Positions 9,396 through 17,506 of a DNA stretch of 21,381 nt are shown in pieces (positions within the stretch are counted from its first letter, which is position 1; the number at the start of each line of letters is the position of its first letter). Origin of the DNA: a virus. Its lineage: Duplodnaviria; Heunggongvirae; Uroviricota; Caudoviricetes. Below the pieces are notes generated by a model that was not told the origin of the DNA, made no database searches, and saw only the letters and a program-made list of their open reading frames with translations. A program made the translations under genes and the position numbers. The stretch lies in IMG/VR virus record IMGVR_UViG_2718217709_000001. The stretch is one strand, 5' to 3'.

Positions 9396-10735
9396 TTTCC
9401 GTTCCTGTAAATGATTTTCTGACCAGTTTTAGGGTTGGTTGCCGTTGCGCCTTCTGATATTCCTCCGGTTGCCGCTTTTGCCTGTCCAGTGCCAGCCTGT
9501 GATGTAGGCTGCCCGGAAACATCGTCAAATAGCTTCGCTTTCCTTCTTTCAAGGCTTTTTCTTAGCCCCTGAGGAATAGTTTCTCCATATGTATCGAGAT
9601 ACTCGTCAACCTGCTGGTTAAACTGCTGCCCCATAGCATTGGCGTTGATTTTTGCGGCGTTAACAATGTTATCCTTTGCCTCCTGCGACAGGCCGTTTCC
9701 AGCATTAAGCTGGTCTATGTATCCTTTGATTTGTCCCCATATGCCATCAGACCGCATTACCTGAACCTGTTCGCCTTCACGAACGACTGACTGCGGGTCA
9801 AGAGATTTCATGTAGTTGAAGATAATCCCAAGTTGGGCAGCGCCAGTATTTACCTTGCTAAGGGCTTGCAGAGAGTTTGCCGCCGCTCTGACAGAGTTAT
9901 AATTTTTGCCAAAATTGGTAATGTCAGAATTTAATCCCTTAATTAAGTCTGCTGACGGCTTACCTTTTTGCCCCAGCTCCATTAGCTTCAATCCCATCTC
10001 ATCTGAGTGAATTTGTGCTCGCTGAGCCCTGTCTAGTTGAGCGTTCTGGATATTTGCCCATCCTCTCGCGTTCTCCATGTCAGCCTGACGCATACTTTCA
10101 TCCAGTCGCCCTTGCTCAAGTCGACGACCTTCCATTTGATCTTTGATATCGAAATACTTCTCATGACCGAGAGAAAACAGCGCCAGATTACCTGCGAAAT
10201 GCTGGAAGCCCTGCGGGTCATTAACCTGCATTTCAGCAATAGTTTCTGGAGGGATACCTAAACGACGCATCTCCTGCTCATTATCCATCATGAACCTGCC
10301 AAATGCGCCCTGACCAAGCGATGAGGCTACCTGTGCTTTGAGCGCCAGATTGCCATAATCATCCCTTTGAGCATCATCGACATAACTCATCCCTTTACGG
10401 ACTTCCTCAAACTCTTCTGGGAATGCTGTAATAAGATTACGCATCTGCTCCCTGTCACCGGACGCATAAGCATCTGCATAACCTTTCTGGAATGCCGCTT
10501 TACGTTCCTGCTGTTGCTGCTGCTTATAAATGTCAGCAACTCCAGCCAGACCACGAAGACCTGTCAGAGCAACGTTATTTGCACCTGAGCGAGCCAGTTC
10601 ATTGTTTTCGCGGATCAGACCAAGCGTTGCGTTAATGTCGCTTGCCTTTGGCGCATTCTCATTTTGCGCACCGATGCCAGCCAGAAAACCACCAGAATTA
10701 ATACCCTGTTGCCACGTAGCCATAAATTTACCCAC
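9380..10735 (-). CDS. Hypothetical Gln/Asn/Ala-rich, predicted coiled-coil protein (about 450 aa; likely ATG start at 10723)
   Basis: Long ORF with no Walker or nuclease motif seen; its end overlaps the start of the next gene by 16 nt; the track start at 10735 is GTG, ATG at 10723 follows the upstream stop by 4 nt. Confidence 0.65.
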   Translation of the reverse strand: MGKFMATWQQGINSGGFLAGIGAQNENAPKASDINATLGLIRENNELARSGANNVALTGLRGLAGVADIYKQQQQQERKAAFQKGYADAYASGDREQMRNLITAFPEEFEEVRKGMSYVDDAQRDDYGNLALKAQVASSLGQGAFGRFMMDNEQEMRRLGIPPETIAEMQVNDPQGFQHFAGNLALFSLGHEKYFDIKDQMEGRRLEQGRLDESMRQADMENARGWANIQNAQLDRAQRAQIHSDEMGLKLMELGQKGKPSADLIKGLNSDITNFGKNYNSVRAAANSLQALSKVNTGAAQLGIIFNYMKSLDPQSVVREGEQVQVMRSDGIWGQIKGYIDQLNAGNGLSQEAKDNIVNAAKINANAMGQQFNQQVDEYLDTYGETIPQGLRKSLERRKAKLFDDVSGQPTSQAGTGQAKAATGGISEGATATNPKTGQKIIYRNGKWQQM

Positions 10736-10901
10736 GTCCAGTTAAAGTGTAAGCCAGCGCCTTATCCATTAATCCCCGAGCAATTTCGTGGATCGTTGGC
10801 GCAACTCCTACCTCTGATTTTTTACGCTGCTCCTCCTGAATTTTCTTTATCGCTTCCATTTGCTTCTCACTTATCAATACTGGCTTTACTGAAATAGCCA
10901 T
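10728..10901 (-). CDS. Small ribbon-helix-helix (Arc/CopG-like) protein, 57 aa, first gene of the cargo operon
   Basis: Strong RBS AAGGGGGG 5-6 nt upstream of the ATG at 10901; beta-strand/helix/helix pattern (ISVKPVLISEKQMEAIKK...IHEIARGLMDKAL). The longer 100-aa track ORF would read through a terminator hairpin. Confidence 0.55.
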   Translation of the reverse strand: MAISVKPVLISEKQMEAIKKIQEEQRKKSEVGVAPTIHEIARGLMDKALAYTLTGRG

Positions 10902-10935
10902 AACGCCCCCCTTAGAACTGTATAAAACAACAGTC

Positions 10936-10941
10936 ATTATA
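10936..10941 (-). promoter_or_regulatory. Candidate -10 hexamer TATAAT for the cargo operon
   Basis: Perfect TATAAT on the minus strand about 35 nt upstream of the RHH start; no convincing -35 found. Confidence 0.3.
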
Positions 10942-10997
10942 GTTTCATAAAACGCAACATTCATCATTGTGATTGCAAAATATGAAACAAATAGCAC

Positions 10998-11030
10998 AAA
11001 AAAATGCCACCGTTCAGTAGCTGGTGGCAT
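10998..11030 (-). terminator. Rho-independent terminator-like hairpin (8-bp GC-rich stem, 11-nt loop, U7 tail) downstream of orf245
   Basis: Minus-strand reading ATGCCACC-loop-GGTGGCAT followed by TTTTTTT. Confidence 0.5.
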
Positions 11031-11394
11031 CGTTCTGTATGTCAGGTTTTGACAGTTTTTTTATGGACTCTAAAAACTATATTTATGGAGTCGCATTACT
11101 CTTCACGGCAGGCGCTTTCCAGTTCTGCCCTTGCTTCTGGCTCCATTGGTAATTTGATTCGCGATCAGCTATGCGGATGGTTTGCTGAACAGGCATAACA
11201 ACATCTCAGAGGCTATTTTTTGAACTACGAAAATTTCGTAGTGCTCACCTTCAAAAACGTCACGCCCTTGTACACTGGATTTTACAAAAGTCTCGTAAAA
11301 CTCTTTGCTGTTCTGGGCTATGTGCCAAACCGCAGCGAATACCTCCGTCTGCCAGATGAGCAAAACATACCTTATAAAGAAAATCGCTGTTTTT

Positions 11395-11499
11395 GCTGTA
11401 CCACCTGTACCACCATGTCACAAACCCTTGTGTGGCGCGGCCTGCAGGTGGTACAGGTGGGTAAAAATGACCTCTCCCCACCTGTACAGACCTGTACCA
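11395..11499. repeat. Iteron-like cluster A: five copies of (A)CCTGTAC(C/A) / GGTGGTACAGGTGG in both orientations
   Basis: Direct reading: 11396-11405, 11405-11414, 11447-11460 (inverted), 11480-11489, 11490-11499. Confidence 0.5.
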
Positions 11500-11504
11500 T
11501 TTAT

Positions 11505-12242
11505 TTAATTTTTACCCATAGCAGCACATAATCCCTTTTTTGAAATATTGAAAAATGCGTTCATTCTTCCCGCTGGCTTAACCTTGTAGCCGCTTGCCAC
11601 CATCGCCGCAATAAATGCTCCGTTGGGGATATAGTGCGGGTGATCACTGTGCTGGTGGTTTATCTGGTTATATCGCTCCACTTCATGCTTCAACGTGTCA
11701 GATGTGGGGTTATCCTGCGGGAAGCTCTCAATCTGGGCATTACTCATCCCGTTGTCTCTGATCCATCTCAGGCAGCTTTTCGCCGATACGATAAATGACG
11801 GGTTATCAAGCGGGTTTTCCCAGTCCGCATTCCGGTTGTGGAGCGCCAGTCCGTCAAGGTTAAATTGTGGGTATTCAGCGGTAATTACTGTCACTGCGTG
11901 GCGGATTTCAGTCTCGTCACAACATGGCTCATCTCCCACACCAGCAGGGTAATAATCTGAACCACCGGGACTGATACAGCGTTTACCACTGAAAGGCCAT
12001 TGCTTCGCCATTTCGGGTGTTGAGTGATTACCGTCGCTCCGTTCGCGCTGTGCCTCTGTCCACTGGCTGGCATATTCAGTAAATGAAACTCTTTGCCCCT
12101 GGCGCATCCAGTGCGCAATCATAATTAAAGTGCGTTCCAGACTTTGGATGTCGCCAGCATTCCCGCACTGTGTAGCGAAACTTTTTAATTCTTCGCGCTC
12201 CGTTCTGGTCATTCCCTGCAGTATGCAATAGTTATTGTTCAT
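11505..12242 (-). CDS. Hypothetical protein (245 aa)
   Basis: GAGAGGT RBS 6 nt upstream of the ATG; overlaps the end of orf76 by 11 nt; followed by the terminator at 10998-11030. Confidence 0.6.
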   Translation of the reverse strand: MNNNYCILQGMTRTEREELKSFATQCGNAGDIQSLERTLIMIAHWMRQGQRVSFTEYASQWTEAQRERSDGNHSTPEMAKQWPFSGKRCISPGGSDYYPAGVGDEPCCDETEIRHAVTVITAEYPQFNLDGLALHNRNADWENPLDNPSFIVSAKSCLRWIRDNGMSNAQIESFPQDNPTSDTLKHEVERYNQINHQHSDHPHYIPNGAFIAAMVASGYKVKPAGRMNAFFNISKKGLCAAMGKN

Positions 12243-12462
12243 GTTTTACCTCTCTGATTTCTGCTGCCATATCTGTTGGCTCTATACAGCCGTCCCGACT
12301 TGCCACGCAGGGAATAATGATTTCAACGGTATCGCCGTCAATACACATTTCAACATTCGCCCATGCCGCAATGGGTAGCCAGTCTGAACGCCCCTCAAAC
12401 CGTAGCTGCCAGCCAGAGGAAGAAGCTAACTGGCGCACTTTGTAAAATGGTGTGCTCATCAT
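12232..12462 (-). CDS. Hypothetical small protein (76 aa)
   Basis: GAGAGGG RBS upstream of tandem ATGs; first gene after the primase and iteron cluster B. Confidence 0.5.
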   Translation of the reverse strand: MMSTPFYKVRQLASSSGWQLRFEGRSDWLPIAAWANVEMCIDGDTVEIIIPCVASRDGCIEPTDMAAEIREVKHEQ

Positions 12463-12506
12463 TGGTTGTTCCCTCTCAGCCAGCCAGAAGAAATGCGTTT
12501 GTTAAT

Positions 12507-12609
12507 GGTATAGGTGGTACAGGTCTGGTATAGGTAAGATATTGACCTGTACCACTATAACGCATTGTTTTTAATGCTGAATTAGCAAAGTGGTATAGGT
12601 GGTACAGGT
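12507..12609. repeat. Iteron-like cluster B: GGTATAGGTGGTACAGGT x2 (12507-12524, 12592-12609), GGTATAGGT (12527-12535) and inverted ACCTGTACCAC (12545-12555); candidate origin
   Basis: Direct reading; located immediately 3' of the primase/helicase gene; same core motif as cluster A. Confidence 0.55.
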
Positions 12610-12638
12610 AAAAACGATCTTCTTGTAAAAAGACTATA

Positions 12639-14990
12639 TTAAAAAACATCATAACCCCCCATACCGATCAGACGGGCAAACGCAGCCTGTAGAACTCCGA
12701 CCTCTGGTAGTTCGTAGAACACGCCATTCCCTCGGTCTGGTCTTCCATGCTTCACCAGCCCCATTTGTGCAAGTGATTTACCCAGTAGTGATCTGGCAGC
12801 TGGTTCTTTAAGCTTTTCCCCACGCTCAAGCGACCACGCTACAAATCGACTAACCATATCCTTTGCAAACAAACGGACTTCGCCATTAAACGGAGGTTCA
12901 TTGATTAGCTCGCCATAAAGAAACAATTCAACGCCAGACAGCCCCAGCAAGATTTCTTCACGTAAGGCATCGGTCTGTGGCGCTCGTTGAGGGTCAAAAC
13001 CTGAGAGATCCACCCCTTTAAGATGCCAAAGCAACTTTGCGGCACCGCCATCATTAAGCCAACTGTACAGCCGATCAAAATACTCCCGGCTCTGTGCTTT
13101 TTCAGGAGATGGCTCAAGCACGAGATAGCGGCGCTCTCTTATCCCTGCCTGTAATACCTGTGTGCTGTTACTGGCAAATATCAACCGGGCAAAATTCGGC
13201 ATTGGTTCAGCATCAATTCCCTTGCGCTCAAGGTTAAACGTCGGTTCGCTAATAATCGCTTTAAGTCTGTCAGCTTCAGACGGCTTGTGGATCGTCACTT
13301 CGTCAGCAAATACCAGTAGCTTGTTAGCAAGTATTGAATTGAAGCGCCCTGAAATATGTCCCGCCCCGTTAATGTGGGCGGCGTACTGCCCCAGTATTTG
13401 CAGCAGCGGTTTAACCGTTGTGCCTTTCCCTGTGCCCGGGACAGATTTCATCACGATTGCCACGGACGGTTTTTCATCAGGCTTTTGGATAATGTGCGCC
13501 ATCCACTGGATAAGATATTGGTATGCCTCTTCATTACCGGCACAGACAACCTGCAACAGGTGATTAAGGTATACCGTGCAATCTCCTTCAATTGGTTCCA
13601 GTGCCAGCCCCTCATACAGATTAAAAACATCGTCAGGGCATTTGTCTGGTACTGGATAAAATCCTACGCCTCCTGGCTTGTAGTTCTTCCCACTCCATGA
13701 CAGCCACGCCGATCCCGCCAGCTTTCTGGCGACTCTCGGTTTATGATGAAAATAATGCTGAAATTGTGATAAATCCTCGAAAACGTGCGATACACCGCCG
13801 GTTTGAGAAGGCTTTAGCGACACCACCTTGTGTTTCCCGCCGATGGTGACATGCGTAAACGTCCGGTTGATTTCTTCGAGGACAGCAATTTCATCATCGC
13901 TTAACACCTCGCCAGAACTGATCTCATTCAGCGCCCCGACTGACTGTTTGTGATTTTTCACCTGCGCCCCTTTCCCCCGTGGCTGGTACATCGAATCTTT
14001 AAATGCTGCTGTGGCTGCCGCCAGCCCGTGTTGTTGGTGATAGTCGTTCCAGTCGGCTTTATAGTCAGTCGGTGGCAGAGACACCCAGCCAGCTACGGAA
14101 ATAGCGGCCCTCTCTGCGGCATCTTTCCCCGTGTTGATCCCTCCACTTTCGGAGTTTCCTTGCTGGTGATCGTTATCTGCGGCAATGATGATTTGTGCCT
14201 GTGGATATGTTCTGCGCATGACTTCCGCTACTGGCAACAGGTTGCCAGCGTCGATTGCTGCCACTGTCATTGCGTCAGGGCGAATTAAATGGCACGACAG
14301 GGCGGTAGCCACCCCCTCAGCAATTATGATGCTGTGAGGTCGTTTCTGTGCGTTTATGGCGTGATATGCCCCTCGCTTTGCTGAACCTGTCAGGAGTCTT
14401 TTTTCACCATGTGAGGTAATAGTCTGTGCTGCTGTGACTGCGCCGGATTTATCCACCAGCGCCAGCAACAGAGATCCATCGGGCAACACAGGGAATGTAA
14501 AATCACCTACCCCTTTCGCAACCAGATAATCAGATTTGCCGTTTACAGCCTTTCTGCGCATGTCATCAAACTGACGGGAAAACGTATCCCGTCTTTGTTG
14601 TTCGTCCTTCTCTGCCCTTTTCAGGCGCTCCTGTTCGCGTCGCTGGCGCTCGGTTTCCAGTTGTTCCCGTTTCTGGCTGGTGGCTTCTGGTGTTTCCGTT
14701 GTCCGGTAATCAATACCCAGAACATCAGCGGCAAGAAGCGCCGCCTCTGTTGTGTCGCAGTTATTTACGCGTTTAATTAAATCCAGCCCATCACCAGCGC
14801 CGCACTGATTACAGATGAAGCTACCGCGCCCGTTGTCATCGAACCGGAATCGATCTTTGCCCCCACATGCAGGGCAGGGAGCATGACGGCGCGGAGAGTC
14901 AGGGACATTTATGTTCAGGCAGTCCAGCACATGAGGCCAGTTGTTTTCAGACGCACTGATAACCTGACGGATAAGATCAATGTTTCGCAT
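12639..14990 (-). CDS. P4 alpha-type primase/helicase (N-terminal zinc ribbon, Toprim-like middle, C-terminal P-loop NTPase)
   Basis: 783-aa ORF; CPACGG...CNQCG zinc-binding motif near the N-terminus; Walker A VPGTGKGT in the C-terminal half. Confidence 0.85.
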   Translation of the reverse strand: MRNIDLIRQVISASENNWPHVLDCLNINVPDSPRRHAPCPACGGKDRFRFDDNGRGSFICNQCGAGDGLDLIKRVNNCDTTEAALLAADVLGIDYRTTETPEATSQKREQLETERQRREQERLKRAEKDEQQRRDTFSRQFDDMRRKAVNGKSDYLVAKGVGDFTFPVLPDGSLLLALVDKSGAVTAAQTITSHGEKRLLTGSAKRGAYHAINAQKRPHSIIIAEGVATALSCHLIRPDAMTVAAIDAGNLLPVAEVMRRTYPQAQIIIAADNDHQQGNSESGGINTGKDAAERAAISVAGWVSLPPTDYKADWNDYHQQHGLAAATAAFKDSMYQPRGKGAQVKNHKQSVGALNEISSGEVLSDDEIAVLEEINRTFTHVTIGGKHKVVSLKPSQTGGVSHVFEDLSQFQHYFHHKPRVARKLAGSAWLSWSGKNYKPGGVGFYPVPDKCPDDVFNLYEGLALEPIEGDCTVYLNHLLQVVCAGNEEAYQYLIQWMAHIIQKPDEKPSVAIVMKSVPGTGKGTTVKPLLQILGQYAAHINGAGHISGRFNSILANKLLVFADEVTIHKPSEADRLKAIISEPTFNLERKGIDAEPMPNFARLIFASNSTQVLQAGIRERRYLVLEPSPEKAQSREYFDRLYSWLNDGGAAKLLWHLKGVDLSGFDPQRAPQTDALREEILLGLSGVELFLYGELINEPPFNGEVRLFAKDMVSRFVAWSLERGEKLKEPAARSLLGKSLAQMGLVKHGRPDRGNGVFYELPEVGVLQAAFARLIGMGGYDVF

Positions 14991-15002
14991 TCTGGCCCCC
15001 GT

Positions 15003-15605
15003 TTAGTGCGTCACTGGTGCTTCTGGGATGCCGTTTTCGTTTAGTTCGGCAATAAAGCTGTTGTGAAGATCGGCAAGCACTTCTCGCCCAAACGAAGTGA
15101 GTGTTCCCTGTTCGACATCGAACATGTTGCTGTAAAAAATGATGGCATTCTTTGTTCCGACATCAACACCATATTTCTCGATCATTGCGCCCTCAATGTT
15201 GTTTGCCATAGCGAGGCGCTCTGCTACTGGATACAGCGGCATGGCGACGATGCCATTGGAATAAACAGAAACCACGGAATGATTGCCACTGTCATCAATA
15301 ATGCTGACGGTGCCGTTTTCCTCTCTCATTTCCAGCATGAATACTGTTGCGATCAGCCATCTCCACATAATGACGTTATGCTGTGATGTGTAATCGAAAT
15401 ATCCCTGGTTGCCGCCATCGGCAATAGCGAGATGTATTGACATACCTTCATCTGGTTTATCGTCATAATCCCCGGCATCCAGACGATTTACGGCATCAAT
15501 ATATGAGACGGCCTCAACGCGTTCTGTCATGCCATCGTTGCTGCGGTACATGATGTTTACGCCGCCAGGCGTTGCTTCTGCATGGAAAGTTAAGAAATTA
15601 TTCAT
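15003..15605 (-). CDS. Hypothetical protein (201 aa from MNNFLTFH...)
   Basis: Start chosen 2 nt after the stop of the upstream gene (translational coupling); the longer 235-aa version would overlap that gene. Confidence 0.55.
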   Translation of the reverse strand: MNNFLTFHAEATPGGVNIMYRSNDGMTERVEAVSYIDAVNRLDAGDYDDKPDEGMSIHLAIADGGNQGYFDYTSQHNVIMWRWLIATVFMLEMREENGTVSIIDDSGNHSVVSVYSNGIVAMPLYPVAERLAMANNIEGAMIEKYGVDVGTKNAIIFYSNMFDVEQGTLTSFGREVLADLHNSFIAELNENGIPEAPVTH

Positions 15606-15819
15606 GTTTCGCCTCGCCTGAATGATTCTGTAACTCATATTTGCCCAACAATTCGTCCGCTTCCTGAATAGCTTCTGGTACGCCATTGAGCAGTGACATA
15701 ACCGCGCCAATCATTAACTTGTCTCTGTTGCTTGGGCTGGCCCCTTCAAGCCAGAACCCTAAAACAGTCTGAACCTGTTCGATGCGACATTGCGCTTCAA
15801 TGAGCTGGATGTTGGTCAT
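15598..15819 (-). CDS. Hypothetical small protein (73 aa)
   Basis: Member of a co-directional, overlapping small-gene run upstream of the primase. Confidence 0.45.
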   Translation of the reverse strand: MTNIQLIEAQCRIEQVQTVLGFWLEGASPSNRDKLMIGAVMSLLNGVPEAIQEADELLGKYELQNHSGEAKHE

Positions 15820-16079
15820 TTCGCACTCTCCACATCGATTAAACTGATATCTATCAGGGAGGTAACTTTTTGTAGCCAGCTATTGATTACTGTCGCCTGT
15901 TCCCCTCCCACCGAGGGAATAATCTCATTCATCACATGAACCAGACCTGTGCGCGCTCTGGTAAGCCGTTCAGTCGCGCAATCTGCGGGAGTGAATGTGT
16001 CTGGATATGGCTCTTCGCGCCCCAGCAATGATTCAATTTCCAGCTCACACGGATGACGATAAATTAAGTTGATATTCAT
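15816..16079 (-). CDS. Hypothetical small protein (87 aa)
   Basis: 4-nt start/stop overlaps with both neighbours. Confidence 0.45.
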   Translation of the reverse strand: MNINLIYRHPCELEIESLLGREEPYPDTFTPADCATERLTRARTGLVHVMNEIIPSVGGEQATVINSWLQKVTSLIDISLIDVESAK

Positions 16080-16270
16080 TTTTCACCACCAAGAATTACC
16101 AGCTCTGCACGGGCATCGTTAACCAAAGATGAGCACGCTTTAATCGCATCCACGACATCAGCAGCGTCCATTTCTTCAGCCGAAAGACTGACAGCAACCA
16201 GGACAGCCGCTGCTTGCTCGATTAATTGAAGTGCGGACGTAAGGCGAGGGGTATTAATTGAGTTATTCAT
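16076..16270 (-). CDS. Hypothetical small protein (64 aa)
   Basis: 4-nt overlap with the downstream gene; start overlaps the upstream reading frame. Confidence 0.4.
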   Translation of the reverse strand: MNNSINTPRLTSALQLIEQAAAVLVAVSLSAEEMDAADVVDAIKACSSLVNDARAELVILGGEK

Positions 16271-16481
16271 TGGTTGCCCCCGTTTTTACTGGCATTTCGC
16301 CACCTTCCAGCAGGAAATGAACGTCACGAACGGCGAGATCCAATATCGCGAGTAACGCCTTCAGTCTTTCGTCTCGTGAGGGAGAGTTGCTCACCAGAAT
16401 GTCGTTAATCACTTCTGTCAGTGTGATGATCTGGCTTGTGCGTTCGAGGGGATCCATATGCACATCGTAGGTTTTAATCAT
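16263..16481 (-). CDS. Hypothetical small protein (72 aa, MIKTYDVH...), possibly the independent 3' end of the long open frame
   Basis: ATG overlaps the stop of the 64-aa MLATT gene (ATGATTAA); same frame as the 355-aa ORF. Confidence 0.35.
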   Translation of the reverse strand: MIKTYDVHMDPLERTSQIITLTEVINDILVSNSPSRDERLKALLAILDLAVRDVHFLLEGGEMPVKTGATNE

Positions 16482-17330
16482 GTGCCACCTCCATGCGGAT
16501 ACGACCAGCAAAAAAGCAGACGTGATCGCGCACCAGAGAACGGCGAGCATCGCGTTCAGACTCGGCAGCAATATGATGAATTTTGGCGGTAATTGTCGGG
16601 CAATCGCGGCGAACTGCGGCGATAATCCAGATAAATTGCGTTTTTTGGGTAGGGGTAGTAGCCAGCATGTGGCAGCCTCCTTCAGATAGCAGGTTACGCT
16701 ACCACCGGAAACGCCAATTTCGCTGGTGGTAGCCCAGACAGGGTTGGCGTAACCGGCTCTGAAGGATACCGGCGCTTCCGAAGAAGCCCCCGCCTGAGCC
16801 ACCATTGATTGACAAAGGCGCTGGATTATACACCAACGCCCAAAAAATGGGTGAGTCAGACCTACGACATAAAAAAAGACGCTTGGCGCGTCATATGTCG
16901 CCTTCAGAATTTTTAGGACGCCAATCCCGGCACCCGTTTTATGAGGTGCCTTATAACCATAAACCGTGTTGCCGCATAACGGCAAGCTCTTTTTTATGGA
17001 CTCCGAAAACTCACTATTGGAAGAACCAGAAGCACAGTACATCGCGCTCATTTCGTTAACGTCACGCGCGTGGACGAAGGTTTTTGTGGAGTCACTACAC
17101 GAGCAGAGAAAGCCATCTACGACCAGAAATTCTCTGGCATAGCCGCTGACCTTCTCAACGCTAACACCATCGACCGTAATTTCTGACATAGTTAAGGCAT
17201 CCGCTCCTACCACCAGCAAATGATAAACTTTGCTTGTATCTGCTGTATTAATGTCTGACTTTGCTGTCATATTGCTGGATTTTGGCGACATACCAGCCAG
17301 TGAAAATATCTTCTTCTGGGCGGTTAGCAT
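16263..17330 (-). CDS. Long open frame (355 aa); 5' part looks like a genuine gene, 3' extent doubtful
   Basis: GGAGG RBS and ATG overlapping the upstream stop by 4 nt; the frame stays open to 16263 but overlaps two well-formed small genes with poor codon usage there. Confidence 0.35.
   Translation of the reverse strand: MLTAQKKIFSLAGMSPKSSNMTAKSDINTADTSKVYHLLVVGADALTMSEITVDGVSVEKVSGYAREFLVVDGFLCSCSDSTKTFVHARDVNEMSAMYCASGSSNSEFSESIKKSLPLCGNTVYGYKAPHKTGAGIGVLKILKATYDAPSVFFYVVGLTHPFFGRWCIIQRLCQSMVAQAGASSEAPVSFRAGYANPVWATTSEIGVSGGSVTCYLKEAATCWLLPLPKKRNLSGLSPQFAAIARQLPPKFIILLPSLNAMLAVLWCAITSAFLLVVSAWRWHMIKTYDVHMDPLERTSQIITLTEVINDILVSNSPSRDERLKALLAILDLAVRDVHFLLEGGEMPVKTGATNE
16474..16668 (-). CDS. 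Hypothetical small protein (64 aa, MLATTPTQ...)
   Basis: Strong RBS AAGGAGG 7 nt upstream; all eight Arg codons are CGC/CGT and Leu mostly CTG, whereas the alternative long frame uses CTA/TTA/AGG/ATA here. Confidence 0.45.
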   Translation of the reverse strand: MLATTPTQKTQFIWIIAAVRRDCPTITAKIHHIAAESERDARRSLVRDHVCFFAGRIRMEVAHD

Positions 17331-17506
17331 TTGTTAACCTCCGCGAACTCCTTCATGAAACGTGCCAGCGGTTGTACGCATGGCGATTGATACCCGTCGC
17401 GATAAAACGTCACTCGGTTGTGAGACACGCTTTCGACAGTAACGAGTGCTCCGTGGGCATCTTTGTAGCGTTTTTGAGGTTGTGGTGTTCCTGTCGGCTT
17501 AAACAT
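17324..17506 (-). CDS. Small prophage-type protein (60 aa), DUF4222-like as recalled
   Basis: ATG 2 nt after the AntA-like stop; the 89-aa track ORF would overlap the upstream gene. Confidence 0.5.
   Translation of the reverse strand: MFKPTGTPQPQKRYKDAHGALVTVESVSHNRVTFYRDGYQSPCVQPLARFMKEFAEVNKC

Noticed and set aside
7604-10735. ATPase or nuclease assignment for the two large cargo proteins
   Set aside because: No Walker A (GxxxxGK[ST]) or obvious catalytic motifs found by eye; composition suggests helical, low-complexity proteins, so no enzymatic call is made.
7606-10745. Plus-strand ORFs overlapping the large minus-strand cargo genes (for example 7606..7971, 8104..8418, 8549..9003, 10037..10261, 10367..10745)
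   Set aside because: Antisense shadow ORFs within long, RBS-supported minus-strand genes; several are low-complexity Ala/Pro/Ser runs mirroring the Gly/Ala-rich coding strand.
10728-11030. 100-aa version of the first cargo-operon ORF
   Set aside because: The N-terminal 43 codons overlie the terminator hairpin and U-tract and look non-protein-like; a strong RBS precedes the internal ATG at 10901, so the 57-aa RHH protein is preferred.
12905-14780. ORFs nested in or antisense to the primase/helicase gene (12905..13117, 13162..13700, 13950..14288, 14595..14780)
   Set aside because: Overlap a strongly supported 783-aa gene; Cys/His/Trp-rich junk-like translations.
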